Source: Azolla caroliniana (Eukaryota; Plantae; Polypodiophyta). Taken from it: a stretch of DNA of 64,000 nucleotides. Location: the NCBI GenBank assembly GCA_043228905.1, contig JBHGNT010000015.1, positions 12,524,001 through 12,588,000 of the forward strand, given 5' to 3'. The notes beneath the pieces were generated by a model. It made no database searches, had not been told where the DNA came from, and saw only the letters and a list, made by a program, of their open reading frames with translations. Every line of letters starts with the position of its first letter. Positions within the stretch are counted from its first letter, which is position 1. This document shows positions 31,333 through 42,886 of the stretch, piece by piece. A program made the position numbers and the translations under genes.

Positions 31333-34300
31333 ATGGGCAAGAGTGTAGAATCCCAGGGACCAGAGAGGTTCCCATTCGATTGCCCAATGGCAACATGATC
31401 ACCCTGCACCAAGTCAAGCACATACCCAATCTGAAAAGGATTCTGGTCTCCATCGGCATGTTAGTCGAAGAAAAATTGGACTGAAGTTGGAGTTCTGGGC
31501 TAAGGCATTGCAGTTGGCAGTATACTTGGTAAATCTATCACCGTCGAAAGCAATCAGGCTCAAAGTGCCACAGGCACTATGGTCAAGCAAACAACCAACC
31601 TACGATATGCTCCACGTATTCGGAAGTGAAGCCTACGCGTTCATCCCTAGGGAGAAAAGGACCAAGTTGGCACCCCATGCGAGGAAATGCATATTTCTCG
31701 GTTATGGAACCGATGGGGAATTTGGCTACCGGCTATGGAACCCTGAGAACTGGAAACTAATACGGAGCAGTGATGTAGTCTTCAATGAAGACTCTATCTT
31801 CTCTCAATGGAACCAACAGAAAATAGTTGGTAAAAAGGTGTCCTTCGAAGTCGTCTGAGATGTCGTAGAAGGACCATCCCACCTAGCCGAATCAGAGGTT
31901 CGAGAAACAGTCGAACTCGACCAAGCCGACAACATACCTAATGACTCCGAAATGGTAGGAGGTCCACTAGTTGATCTCGAAGACAGAGCTGATTCGACAA
32001 GAGTTGAACAAAGCATAGTCAACATGATGCGATTAAGAAACAGACCCGAGTCGACAAAGTTCACGAGCGAGAAAGCCATGATGCCACTGAAATCCCAACA
32101 TGGGGGTGGGTCACCTAACAAGACTCTTGAAACAAACAGTTCAACAAATACCGATCGACCGACAGAGCCGATTGAAAAATCTGAACCTCTTATCTCGGCA
32201 ACCACGAGATCTGGACGAGCTCGAAGGCAAACAGAGCTCTACCAACTTGACCTCGACTACATCAACTACACCGATGCAGGCAAACCAAGCACTTATGAAG
32301 ATGATATGGCCGCAACGGACGCCAAAACATGGCTACAAGCCATGAAATCCGAAATGAACTCGATTCACAAGAATCAGACATGGGAGATGGTCGAACTACC
32401 AGTTTGAAGAAAGTCGCTACCTTGCAAATGGGTTTTCCGAAATAAATATGTATCTAACTTAGAGAAACTCAAGTGCAAAGATCGGCTTGTTGTGAAAGGT
32501 TTCAAACAAGAACATGGGATCAACTACGTTGAGATATTCTCACCAGTAGTCGAGATGACCACCCTCCGACTCCTACTAGGAGCTGTAGCGACAGAAAACC
32601 TAGAGCTCGAGCAAATGGACATAAAGGCGACATTCCTACATGGAGATCTGGAAGAAGACATTTACATGTCTCAACCGGCAGGCTTCACAGCGACGGGGGA
32701 CGAAAATCACCTCGTATGTCGACAGAAGAAAAGTCTCTACAACTAGAAATAAGCGTCGAGGATGTGGTACCAGAAGTTTGACTCCTAGATCAAGAAACTT
32801 GGATACCACTGATCCGACTCCGACCCATGCACGTATATTCGAAAACTGGCCGACGAGTCTAGGATTTATCTGATCCTATATGTTGACGACATGCTGATTG
32901 CAAGAAGCAATCAAACAGAGATCGAAAACTGAAGCGGAGCCTTCACGACAAGTTCACGATGAAGGAACTCGGACAAGCCCATCACATGCTGGGCATGAGG
33001 ATCGAGCGAAATTGGACGACCAAAACTCTCCGACTCTCCCAATCCGACTATATCCGGAAGGTGCTCAGGCGCTTGAACATGCAAAATGCGAAGCCAGCAC
33101 CAACACCACCTCCGACGTCGATCTGACTATCGGACAGAGACTCTCCTTCAATGGACAAGGAGAGAGAGCTTAATGGAAAGTTTCCCTACGCATCGGCCGT
33201 AGGAAGTATCATGTACGCAATGGTGGCGACCTGATCCAACCCGACCTAGCCTATGTTGTAGGAGTGGTCAACCAGTACATGTCAAACCCAGGATGGAAGC
33301 ATTGGGATGCCGTCAAGCACATCTTCATGTACTAGAGAGGGACCAAAGATACACACTTGACTTTCGGTTTGACAACCTCAACCGAAGTCGAAGGCTACAC
33401 TAACTCCGACTATGCCGAAAATATGGACAAACGGAACTCAACGTCAGGCTATATTTTCACCTATGGTGGTAGTGCGATATCATGGAGATCGAAGCTTCAA
33501 GAATGCATGGACCTGTCGACTAGAGAGGCCGAATACATCGCAGCATCGGAAGCAACGAAGGAAGCGATCTGGCTACACCGACTATCTACCAACTTCTCAC
33601 CTACAAGCCAAATCGACCAACCAACGCCGACCATCTATTGCGACTCGCAGAACGCAATTCACCTCATTAACAATCCCATCTATCACGCAAAGACGAAGCA
33701 CATTGAGGTACGGTATCATCACATCCGAGAGCTCATAAGTGAGAAGAGGCTCGAAGTTCGGAAGATCGACACCCAGGTGAACATCGCTAATTGCCTGACA
33801 AAGCCACTCCCAGATCAACGCTTCGGAACACTAAGGACAAAGATGGGACTACAACAAGAGACCGAGTAGAAGAAAGCCGAACGAGGAGTAGAAGGTAAGA
33901 GTCGACCGAATCAATCATGATAATGAGCCATGCTAGGCTCGACACAGACCTCACTTATGCCGACTCGACTATATGCCGACTGACTTGTAACATAAATTTA
34001 GATTAGTGTTGTAATCTAGGTTTATGAGGGAGAACCCCAAACACATGTACATGTATGAAAGAGTAGTCCTTTTACAGGGGAGTTTGCTGGCATAAAAGGC
34101 CGACTCCTTCCACTTTGTATCCTGGTGTGAACTCGTCCATATAGTTAGGGCTTAGTATATAATCGATAACCTCATGTTGTAAAGGCGAGATCACTTGATC
34201 ATCCTGTACATCGAGTCTTAGAGAGAGAGAGAGAGTGAGAGAGAAAATAGAAATAAAGAGAGCTTCCATTAAAGCTTCATTTCTATGTGTCTATTATCTG

Positions 34301-34387
34301 TCTATATCTTCTTGCCTTCCCTCTGTGTTGTTTGCAAAGCATAACCGACAGGTCCTCACATACGTTTCTGTGCATATCTATCCTTCA
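31333..34387 (+). mobile_element. Element I: degenerate Ty1/copia (protease part, deleted integrase, RT, RNase H, probable 3' LTR)
   Basis: IPNLKRILVSIGML, KCIFLGYG, IFSPVV, LEQMDIK..FLHGDLEE, YHAKTKHIEVRYH; many stops; LTR-like segment ~33900-34387 with uncertain boundaries. Confidence 0.8.
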
Positions 34388-34448
34388 CTATATGTAGATG
34401 ATCTAGTCATCACCGAACCCGACCTCGCTGAAATCGGCCGAGTGAAGT
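34388..34448 (+). pseudogene. Element M: short copia RT remnant (LYVDDLVIT) between two insertions
   Basis: Reads LYVDDLVITEPDLAEIGRVK, similar to J RT LYVDDLVITGPKLDEISRVK. Confidence 0.65.
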
Positions 34449-36165
34449 TGTAAAAGTTAGCGTGCGGAAGGTTGACAAAACCGGTTTAGCCGGGCAACAA
34501 CAGAGAATAGAAAACACAGGAGAGATAGAGAGAATATTTAGCATATACAGGAGAGATAGAGAGAGAGAGAAAAAAATATATAAAATTCTATTCTAAAATA
34601 ATAATCCTCTATGTACATAGAATGTGCTCAGAGAGCACTTCTATACAAGTCCATAAAGTACTGACATGTACTTCAATGCTCATACGAGCGACTTTCACTG
34701 ACTCCCAAAAATATGCCTACGTACTAGGCTTGATCCGTAGGCCTCTAACGGCCTACCAATTTCAACCCAATCCGGCTCTCTAATCCAGCTCCTGGTTCCG
34801 GATTTCATCCGGACACCGATCTAGCTCTCCGTTCCGGATATCGATATGGCTCTATCTTATTTAGCCGATCCAGATCCGGTTGAGCTTGCTCGCTCAACAC
34901 TCCCCCTCAAGCTCAACTTGAGGTTAGATCGAGGTGTCAGTTTTTGTGGTAGCCATTTCTTCCGTTCGACTCCTTTTGCCGTCCTCCCGCCTCACTCGCG
35001 CTCCTCGTCCGGGCCGGTTCCGCTTCCCGCGACCCGTCTGGTTCTGCACTCCTCGACCTCCTTGGTTGGCTTGTCTGCTCAGGAGGCCCATCTCAGCTCC
35101 TTCGTTGCTATGACTCCTTCGCTTGTCGACCCATCAATTCCTCCATAACAATGTCGACTTCCGTTACCTTCTCGTCCGCTTGGCCTTTAGTTGATCCGGC
35201 TCTTCCGAATCCGCTTCCTCCGATTCGTTCTAGCTCTTGTCCAAGTTGGTAGTCTCCAACTCATCTTCTATTTTCAGGCCCTTCACCACATCGGACTACG
35301 TCCGGGTCTTGGCCTTTTTTCGGTCGGCTCTGTCTTTCTTGACTCAGCCACCGTTGCCGCTTGCTCCGACTTGTTCGGATGTGCTGACTCCTTTGGTCGG
35401 CTCAGCCTCCTTTTTTGCTCGTCTCCCCACTTGGTTCTCTCTTCCTCTCCAGTGCCATTCGTTCTCACCCTTAACTGCGGCACATCGAGATGGTGTAGAT
35501 CTAGCATTTCGGAAAACTGCTACAACTTGTCCGATCCGAGCGGCTTGGTGAAGATGTTGGCAACCTGCTAATCCGTATGAACATACCAAAGTTCAACTTC
35601 ACCGCTCATGACCCGCTCACAGACAAAGTGATAATGCACCTCTATGTGCTCTGTCCGAGCATGGAATATAGGGTTGTTGGCAAGCTGTATGTTGCTTACG
35701 TTGTCGCAGTAGATCAGGATCGGGGTTGGCCCCTCGATCCGGAGGTCTCACAGTAGTTGCTGAAGCCAAATGGCTTCATAGGTGGCAATGGTAGCACCCC
35801 GATACTCAACCTCAGTGCTCGACAGAGCCACTGTTGGCTCCTTTTTGTTGTTCCATGCAACACACACACTACCAAGAGAAAACATGCAACCGGAGGTGGA
35901 TCTGTGATTCGATGCATCACCAACCCAGTCGGCATAGGTATATCCAACTAGCTTCCCAGCTATATCGTGTCGGTATAAAAGTCCCCGGTACTTCGTGCCG
36001 CTCACATATCGCAATAGTCGATGCGTGCATTGAAGGTGCTCCACGGTCGGCTTCTGCATAAACTGGTTGAACACCCGACTAGATAATTGATGTCACGTAG
36101 GGTGATTGTCAAGTATATAAGGCTTTCGACAATTTGTCGGAACCGTTTCTCATCACATCCAACCG
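34449..36165 (-). mobile_element. Element K: 3' fragment of a copia element related to J
   Basis: 3' LTR 34449-34899; PPT GAGGGGGAG; RT/RNase H remnants (YADWVGD, TVALSSTEVEY); 5' part absent, abuts the LINE fragment. Confidence 0.8.
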
Positions 36166-36820
36166 GAACACAAGATTTTGCTTTTATGCATCTTTTGGAT
36201 CTTTTTGCTTGCTTCCCATGCAATTCTAGGAATTCGATGTGAGGGACTGTTTTGAACCTTAAGCATGTATTCAACAACCCTTTTCATGGCCATGACCTCA
36301 ATGGTAAGCGATCTTGTCTCAAGGAGGAGGAGGGTATAGGGCGTTTGTTTCTTAACTTGTAGAAACTTTGTAAAAGAATGTTTTTGGACATTTTCAAACT
36401 CTGTCCATTTAGATTTAGGGATGCTACCGCCCCATACTTCCACCCCATAGAGAAGAACCAATGTCACCAAAGTGTCGAAAAGATATTTCTTGAGGACCCA
36501 ACACTTACTATCTCCAAGATTGCATGTGTTCTCAAATGCATAGTATGCTCGCTTACCAGCCTCTAAGCGGCGTGTAGCACACTCATTCCATCTATGATTG
36601 GAAGGAACTTCAAGGCCAAGATGTTTGAAGCTTTCAACATATTCAAGTGGCTCATTGTTGTACGTAATGCATGGTTTATCTCTTTTTTGGCTCTTCACAA
36701 GCATAATCTTTGTTTTAGAATTATCGACTCTTAATTTAGTATGTATGCAAAAAATTTCTAATGCCTTCATAAGGTTTTGTGCATCTCCTAAAGTATTTGC
36801 AAAAAACGCCACATCATCCG
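36153..36820 (-). pseudogene. Non-LTR retrotransposon (LINE, RTE-like) RT C-terminal part
   Basis: DVAFFA...SKTKIM...VESFKHLG...VLLYGVEVWG; continues from 57525-57645 across insertion J. Confidence 0.85.
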
Positions 36821-37574
36821 TGTAAAAATGAAGGTGAGGAAGCGTTGGACAACAAGCTTAGCCGGATAGCAACAGTGAAAGAGATAGATTAACACACAGA
36901 AGGTATGTAGGAGAGACAGAGAAAGAGCAGAACAACTTAAATCTATTATCAACAACTCTGTAAAATTCTCTATACCTACAACGTGCTCAACAACACTATT
37001 TATACCTAAGAGGACTGACATAAGTACGGTGTACTTCAATGCTCACACGAGCGTCTAACACTAATTACGAGACATTAACTACCTCGTAGTTTAGGCTGCT
37101 ACTAGGCTTCTAGTTACTACTTGATCCGGCTAACCAACTCCCCAGCTCACTTGCTCACTAGCTTACCGATCCGGATCCGGTTGAGCTTGCCGCTCAACAC
37201 TCCCCCTCAAAGCTCAACTTGAGGTCAGATCATAGTGTCAGTCTCCATGGCAGCCAGTCCTTCCACCCAGCTCCTTCTGGCGTCACTCCGCCTCGCTCGC
37301 GCTCCTCGTCTAGTCCGGTCCGGCCCCGTTTCCCGCGATCCTTCTGATTCTGCGCACCTCGACCTCCTCGGTCGGCTTGTCTTCTGAACATGCCCAATTC
37401 AGCTCCCTTGCTACTGTGACTTCAGCGCTTGCCGATTCGCCGATTCTCGTCGACTTTCGCTGCCCTCTCGTCCTCTTGGCCTTGAATTGATCCGGTTCTT
37501 CCGAATCCATCTGTTGAATCGAATCGGTTGTCTCCAATTCGTTCCAGCTCTTGTCTGAATCAGTCGCTGTCATG

Positions 37575-37644
37575 ATATGGCAAGACTCAAACCCATGACC
37601 TTATGTTAGATGGGTCGAGCTCTTGACCATTATACCATCTATTG
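37575..37644 (-). promoter_or_regulatory. tRNA-like A/B-box cassette at the start of the L LTR, antisense to the element
   Basis: Minus strand A box TGGTATAATGG (37637-37627); B box GGTTTGAGTCT (37593-37583); the other LTR has GGATCGAGTCT (52065-52055), so the pair is consistent with an ancestral GGTTCGAGTC; 33-nt spacing. Confidence 0.6.
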
Positions 37645-38020
37645 TAATACGTAGGATATTATTTTCATTTAAGTTTTATTATAGGAAATTAATGTATATT
37701 CCAAATTTCTCTGGAACATTCTAGAAGCTTCAAGATTTCTCCTGAGAACACTATAAAAGAAGCACTAGGCATTATTCTGAACCAAATTGGTTCAACGCCA
37801 GTCGTAAGCCTCATAGCCATCTTGTACTTACTCTTCCTATAATATATCATCAGTTATCATTATCTCTCTCTCTCTCGTCCTCACACTATCTCTCTCTCTC
37901 TCTCTTCTCTTCTCTTTCCTCTCTCTCAGGGGTCCTACGCAATACCGTCCTGTAAGTACTAATAGTACTTCCCTTCTCTAGTACTAATTCTCTCTCTGTT
38001 TTAGTACTATTCCTGATAGT

Positions 38021-38032
38021 TTGAACCAATTT
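38021..38032 (+). promoter_or_regulatory. Putative self-priming PBS of L
   Basis: TTGAACCAATTT, 2 nt after the 5' LTR, is the exact reverse complement of AAATTGGTTCAA (37784-37795), which starts 32 nt after the start of TATAAAA (37752). Confidence 0.75.
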
Positions 38033-38086
38033 TCCCTCTCTAGTCTTTCTTTTGTTTCCCTCATCCTCTTATCCTTTTTCTATACA

Positions 38087-41000
38087 ATGGCTTCTATTAG
38101 CGCCCAAGAATACCAATCCGTTTTCTTCGAGCTACAGTGTCTAAAAGAAAATTTTATTGCCTTGGAACAAGAAAACCAACGGTTGTTAGGGGATCTTCAA
38201 CAAATCGCCCTAGAAAAACAGCAAACGCAGCAACAACATGGGGAGTTAGCATTACATGTGCAACAACTCGAAGTAGCGTTGCAACAACAAGGATCAAGTC
38301 CCCAAGGATTTCATAAAGAGCCCAAGATTGGACTTCATGTGAAATTTGATGGAACGCGATCGCAATTTAGGGGATTCCTCAATCAGGTACGCTTAGTCAT
38401 TCAAATGCATCCTTCTCGATACCCCATTGATGCATCCCGAGTCGGCCTAATTGGCACGTTGCTTAGCGGCTCAGCTTTGGCATGGTTTGCTCCGTTTCTA
38501 GTAAAACAATCGCCCTTACTTAATAACTTTCAAGTCTTTATTAGTGAGTTTAAAGCTTGTTTTGGAGATACAGACAGCATCCAGACGGCGATCAACAAAA
38601 TTCGACGATTGTGTCAAAGCGATCGTCCAGCCTCTGCCTACGCGGCGGATTTCCGTCTCCTTGCTTCAGATATCCCCTAGGATGATCAGGCACTAAGGGA
38701 GCAGTTTCGCTACGGCCTGCGAAACGATGTCAAAGATCTACTTCTAACCTTCCCCAAAGAACCAAAGTCTCTTACGGAGGCAATCAGTCGAGCGGTCCGA
38801 TGTGACAACAGCCTTTTCGAACGGCGTTCAGAACGTCAATTAAAAATACCACGCTCTAGGCCGGAGCCCACTTATGCCTCAGTCGCGGCTAAACCGTTTG
38901 CACGAGAAATACCTCAAGCAAATACTCTGACACCAATGGATATCGACACCATGCGTCGACGTGGCCCGTTATCGGAAGAAGAAAAGCAACGATGACATGC
39001 AAATCGATTATGTCTTTATTGCAGTGAACCAGGGCATATCACAATCAATTGTCCCCATAGGCCAAGAAGACAAGTAAATCAAATCGTAGCCTATACTAAA
39101 CCTGAGTCAATTCATCCCTTAGGAGTGCCTGATAGTATTAATAGTACTAATAGCCCAAGTATCTCAAACAAATTTGAAATCCTTAGTCGATTAGATGAAG
39201 AGTTAAACGATTGAGTCTAGCCAAAATAGGAGTCGTTTGGTTGGACAACCCTAGATCTGTATAGCCCATTAGTGGTTCCATTCCCTCCAAGCAAGTTAGC
39301 AATGTGTTCCTAACCCAAGTCATGGTTAGTACTAAAAGTACTCCCTAGTACACGTCCTAGCACTTCTAGATTCCGAAGTTAATTCCTGTTTCATGGATCG
39401 AAATTTTGCCCAAGCTTCTCAAATATCCTTAAGAAAACTTCCTTGCCCCGCATCTGTAATGTTCATTGATGGTCATCCCATTGCTTCCGGGAATATTGTA
39501 GAAGAGTTAGAACCCATTCAAGTTGTCCTAGGTAGTTTTGTGTGTGTAGTTGCATTTAATATAATTAGTAGTCCAGAGCATCCCATTGTCCTGGGATTAC
39601 CTTGGTTTAAATTACATAATCCAGACATAGATTGGAGAACAAGAGAATTCTGACATCGACAACCCCAAGAATCTACTCATCGAGTTTCGACCATTTCACT
39701 ACATCAATTACGTGAAGAAGGACACAAGGAGGCAATGTTCCTATTTGCAATATTAGTACATCCTTCCAACACTATTAAGGAGGAATCCTTAGTGCAACTT
39801 CCGGCAAAATATCATCCTTATACCGATGTATTTGACAAGGTAAAAGCTGGTACTCTTCCTCATCATCGTCCCTATGATTGTCCAATCGATTTACAACCAG
39901 GAGCAGTGCCACCATGGGGACCAATTTACAACTTTTCACCCACCGAGTTAGAAGTCCTTCGAGCCTACATAGAGGAGAACTTGGCAAACGGGTTTATTCG
40001 TCATTCGAAATCTCTAGCCGGTGCACCCATCTTCTTTGTCAAGAAGAAAGGTGGCTCACTTCGTCTCGTCGTTGATTACTGCGGCTTGAATAAAGTCACC
40101 ATCCGGAATAGGTATGCACTTCCTCTTATATCAAGTCTTTTAGAGCGAGTTAATGGTGTCAAGTTTTTTACAAAAATCGATCTACAAGGAGCGTATAACC
40201 TCATGCGGATCCGACCGGGAGATGAATGGAAGCCCGCCTTTCGCACGCGGTATGGGCATTTCGAATATATTGTTATGTCGTTCGGTCTAACCAATGCACC
40301 CGCAGTCTTCCAACACATGGCAAATGATATATTCAGAGACCTCTTGGATATCTATTTGATCATCTATCTGGATTATCTATTTGAAGACCTAGGAAGAGCA
40401 CAATTCTCATGTACTATTAGTACTAAAACGACTCCGCGAGAATGGTCTTTGTGCCAAGCTAGAAAAATGTAGCTTTGACTGCAAGCAAGTGGAATTTCTA
40501 GGCTACATCATCTCCTCAAAGGGCATCTCCATGGATCCAGCTAAAGTCCAAACTGTGCTAGAGTGGCAAATTCCACGGTTGGTACGAGATGTACAATGTT
40601 TTCTAGGTTTTGCTAACTTCTACCGTAAGTTTATAAAGGATTACTCGAAGATTATTTTACCTCTCACACAACTTACAAAGAAGGGACAAGCATTTCTTTG
40701 GTTCAATGAAGCGGACATGGCTTTTCGGCATCTTAAGGAAGCCTTTACATCAGCTCCTATTCTAGCTCATGTGGATACAAACAAACCATTCATCATGGAG
40801 GCCAACGCATCGGATTTCGCCCTCGGTAGCATCCTTTCTCAACAAGGAGATAAAGAAGAGTTACATCCTGTGGCTTTCCATTCGCGCAAACTCGATGCCG
40901 CGGAAATCAACTACAAAATACATGACAAGGAGTTATTAGCCATCGTGGATTCCTTTGTGAAATGGCAACATTTCTTAGAGGGCTCTCCACATCAGGTCAT

Positions 41001-42360
41001 TGTCTTTAGTGATCACAAGAATCTTGCTTCTTTCCAGAACGCTCGGGTGCTAAATCGACAGCAGGCTCGGTGGGCTCAATTCCTCACGCGTTTTGACTTC
41101 AAAATCACATATCGACCGGGGAAGCAACAAGGAAAAGCAGATGCGCTATCACAGCGTTCATATCTTGCACCTCGTCCTGGTGATTCAGTGTTTGATAATC
41201 AAAAGCAAGTAATCTTGGGACCAACACGATTGCACACAACGCGGATTTTTCACACCCCAATGGATTCCCAAATTATCGATGCCATACGTGAGAACTTGAA
41301 GACAGATAATTTTGCTCAAGACATTCTGGCGCACATTGATACCTCTTGGGCATCCTGTTCCCAATCTCAACAACCAGGTATGGACTACCGATAATTCGAA
41401 AATCATGATGGTTTGTTATTCTTTAAAAAGCTTGTATATTTCCCCGATTGCTCCTCTCGCCTTCAAATCGTCCAAAATTGTCACGACACCCATACAGCGG
41501 GACATTTCAGTGGCTCTAAGTCGTTGGATCTTGTTCAACGATCTTTTTGGTGGCCCCATATGCGACATTTTGTCGACGACTACATTCGGACTTGTGATGC
41601 TTGCTGCCGAGCAAAGATGCCCCAACACCATCCATATGGCTTGTTGGAACCCTTACCGATTCCAAGTAAGCCGTGGCAGTCTATTTGTCTTGATTTTATC
41701 ACAAATCTGCCGGTCTCGAAGGGGTTCGATGCTATCTTAACTGTCATCGATCGATATACTAAGATGGCACATTTTGTGCCATGTACTAAGGCCATCACTA
41801 GCGAGGAAACCGCCGCCCTTGTCATGCGTGAGGTATTTCGGCATCATGGCCTCCTAGATAGTATCATCAGTGACCGAGGACCTCAATTCGTCTCCAAATT
41901 TTGGCAACATCTTTTCAAGATGCTCAAGGTCTCTTGCAACCTCTCCTCCGGCTACCATCCCCAAATTGATAGGCAGGCAGAATGAACAAACCAAACATTG
42001 GAACAATATCTCCGGTGTTTCCTGAGTTATCAACATGACGATTGGGCTGAGATTCTCCACTTTGCGGAGTTTGCATATAATAATGTTGTTCAGTCCTCGA
42101 CTCGGGTCTCCCCATTTTACGCTTATACCAGTTCTCATCCTCATTGGTCGGTGATCGACACCCTGGAGCTACCTACCAATCCTCATGTCGAGGATCATTT
42201 GTAGAGGCTACGCAAGATCCAGATGGATCTCTCTACTCATTTTCGTCATGCTCAACACACACAGAAGACTTATGTGGATCATCATCGTCTTCCCTCCTCT
42301 TTTGCCATCGGAGATCGAGTATGGCTCTTACGTCGTCACATCAAGACTACTCGACCGTGC
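38087..42360 (+). pseudogene. Degenerate gag-pol of chromovirus L
   Basis: Gag KFDGTRSQFRGFLNQ; protease IVLGLPW; [26 protein letters not shown]; RNase H ASDFALG, HDKELLAI; integrase HHCC, SDRGPQF; several stops. Confidence 0.92.
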
Positions 42361-42806
42361 GACAATGTTGCCTCTTAGGAACACGGTCCGTGGTCAGTCC
42401 TTCGACCTAGACCCCAAGGTGGGTGTGGAACAACGAACAGAGCTTAAGTGTACTGCGTAGGGAGAGAACCTCTGTGATTCCTCTGTGCGTACGGGGAGAC
42501 GGCTACAACCGACTCCTTATCACAGGTTGCACTTACGTACTACTACGCTTACGTATCCAAGACACAAACAGTGAATTAGTCGCAGCTACACACAGAAACT
42601 CAGAGAAGATAGTATTTTATTATCAAACGTTCTTTTACATTTCCCAAAAATTACACGCACCTCCTTAAGAGGTTTTCTGCCCTTTATATATGCAGGGTCT
42701 AATTAGCCGTTCACGCTTCCCGCGTGAACCGTTACATACGTTACGCTTATATAGTTTCTTATTCCTACGCTTTTGGCCGTCGGTTACTATTCCAACGGAC
42801 AACACC

Positions 42807-42823
42807 TGGCACGCCTGTGGGAC
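42807..42823 (+). promoter_or_regulatory. Inverted PBS-like site at the expected PPT position of A2
   Basis: TGGCACGCCTGTGGGAC 2 nt inside the 3' LTR boundary; the element strand reads GTCCCACAGGCGTGCCA-GG-TGTT and is not purine-rich. Confidence 0.7.
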
Positions 42824-42886
42824 AGTGCCTTTGCACGTCGAACCCATCCCGTTAATCTTCTTCCAAAATGGCCCGGATGTTCGGCT

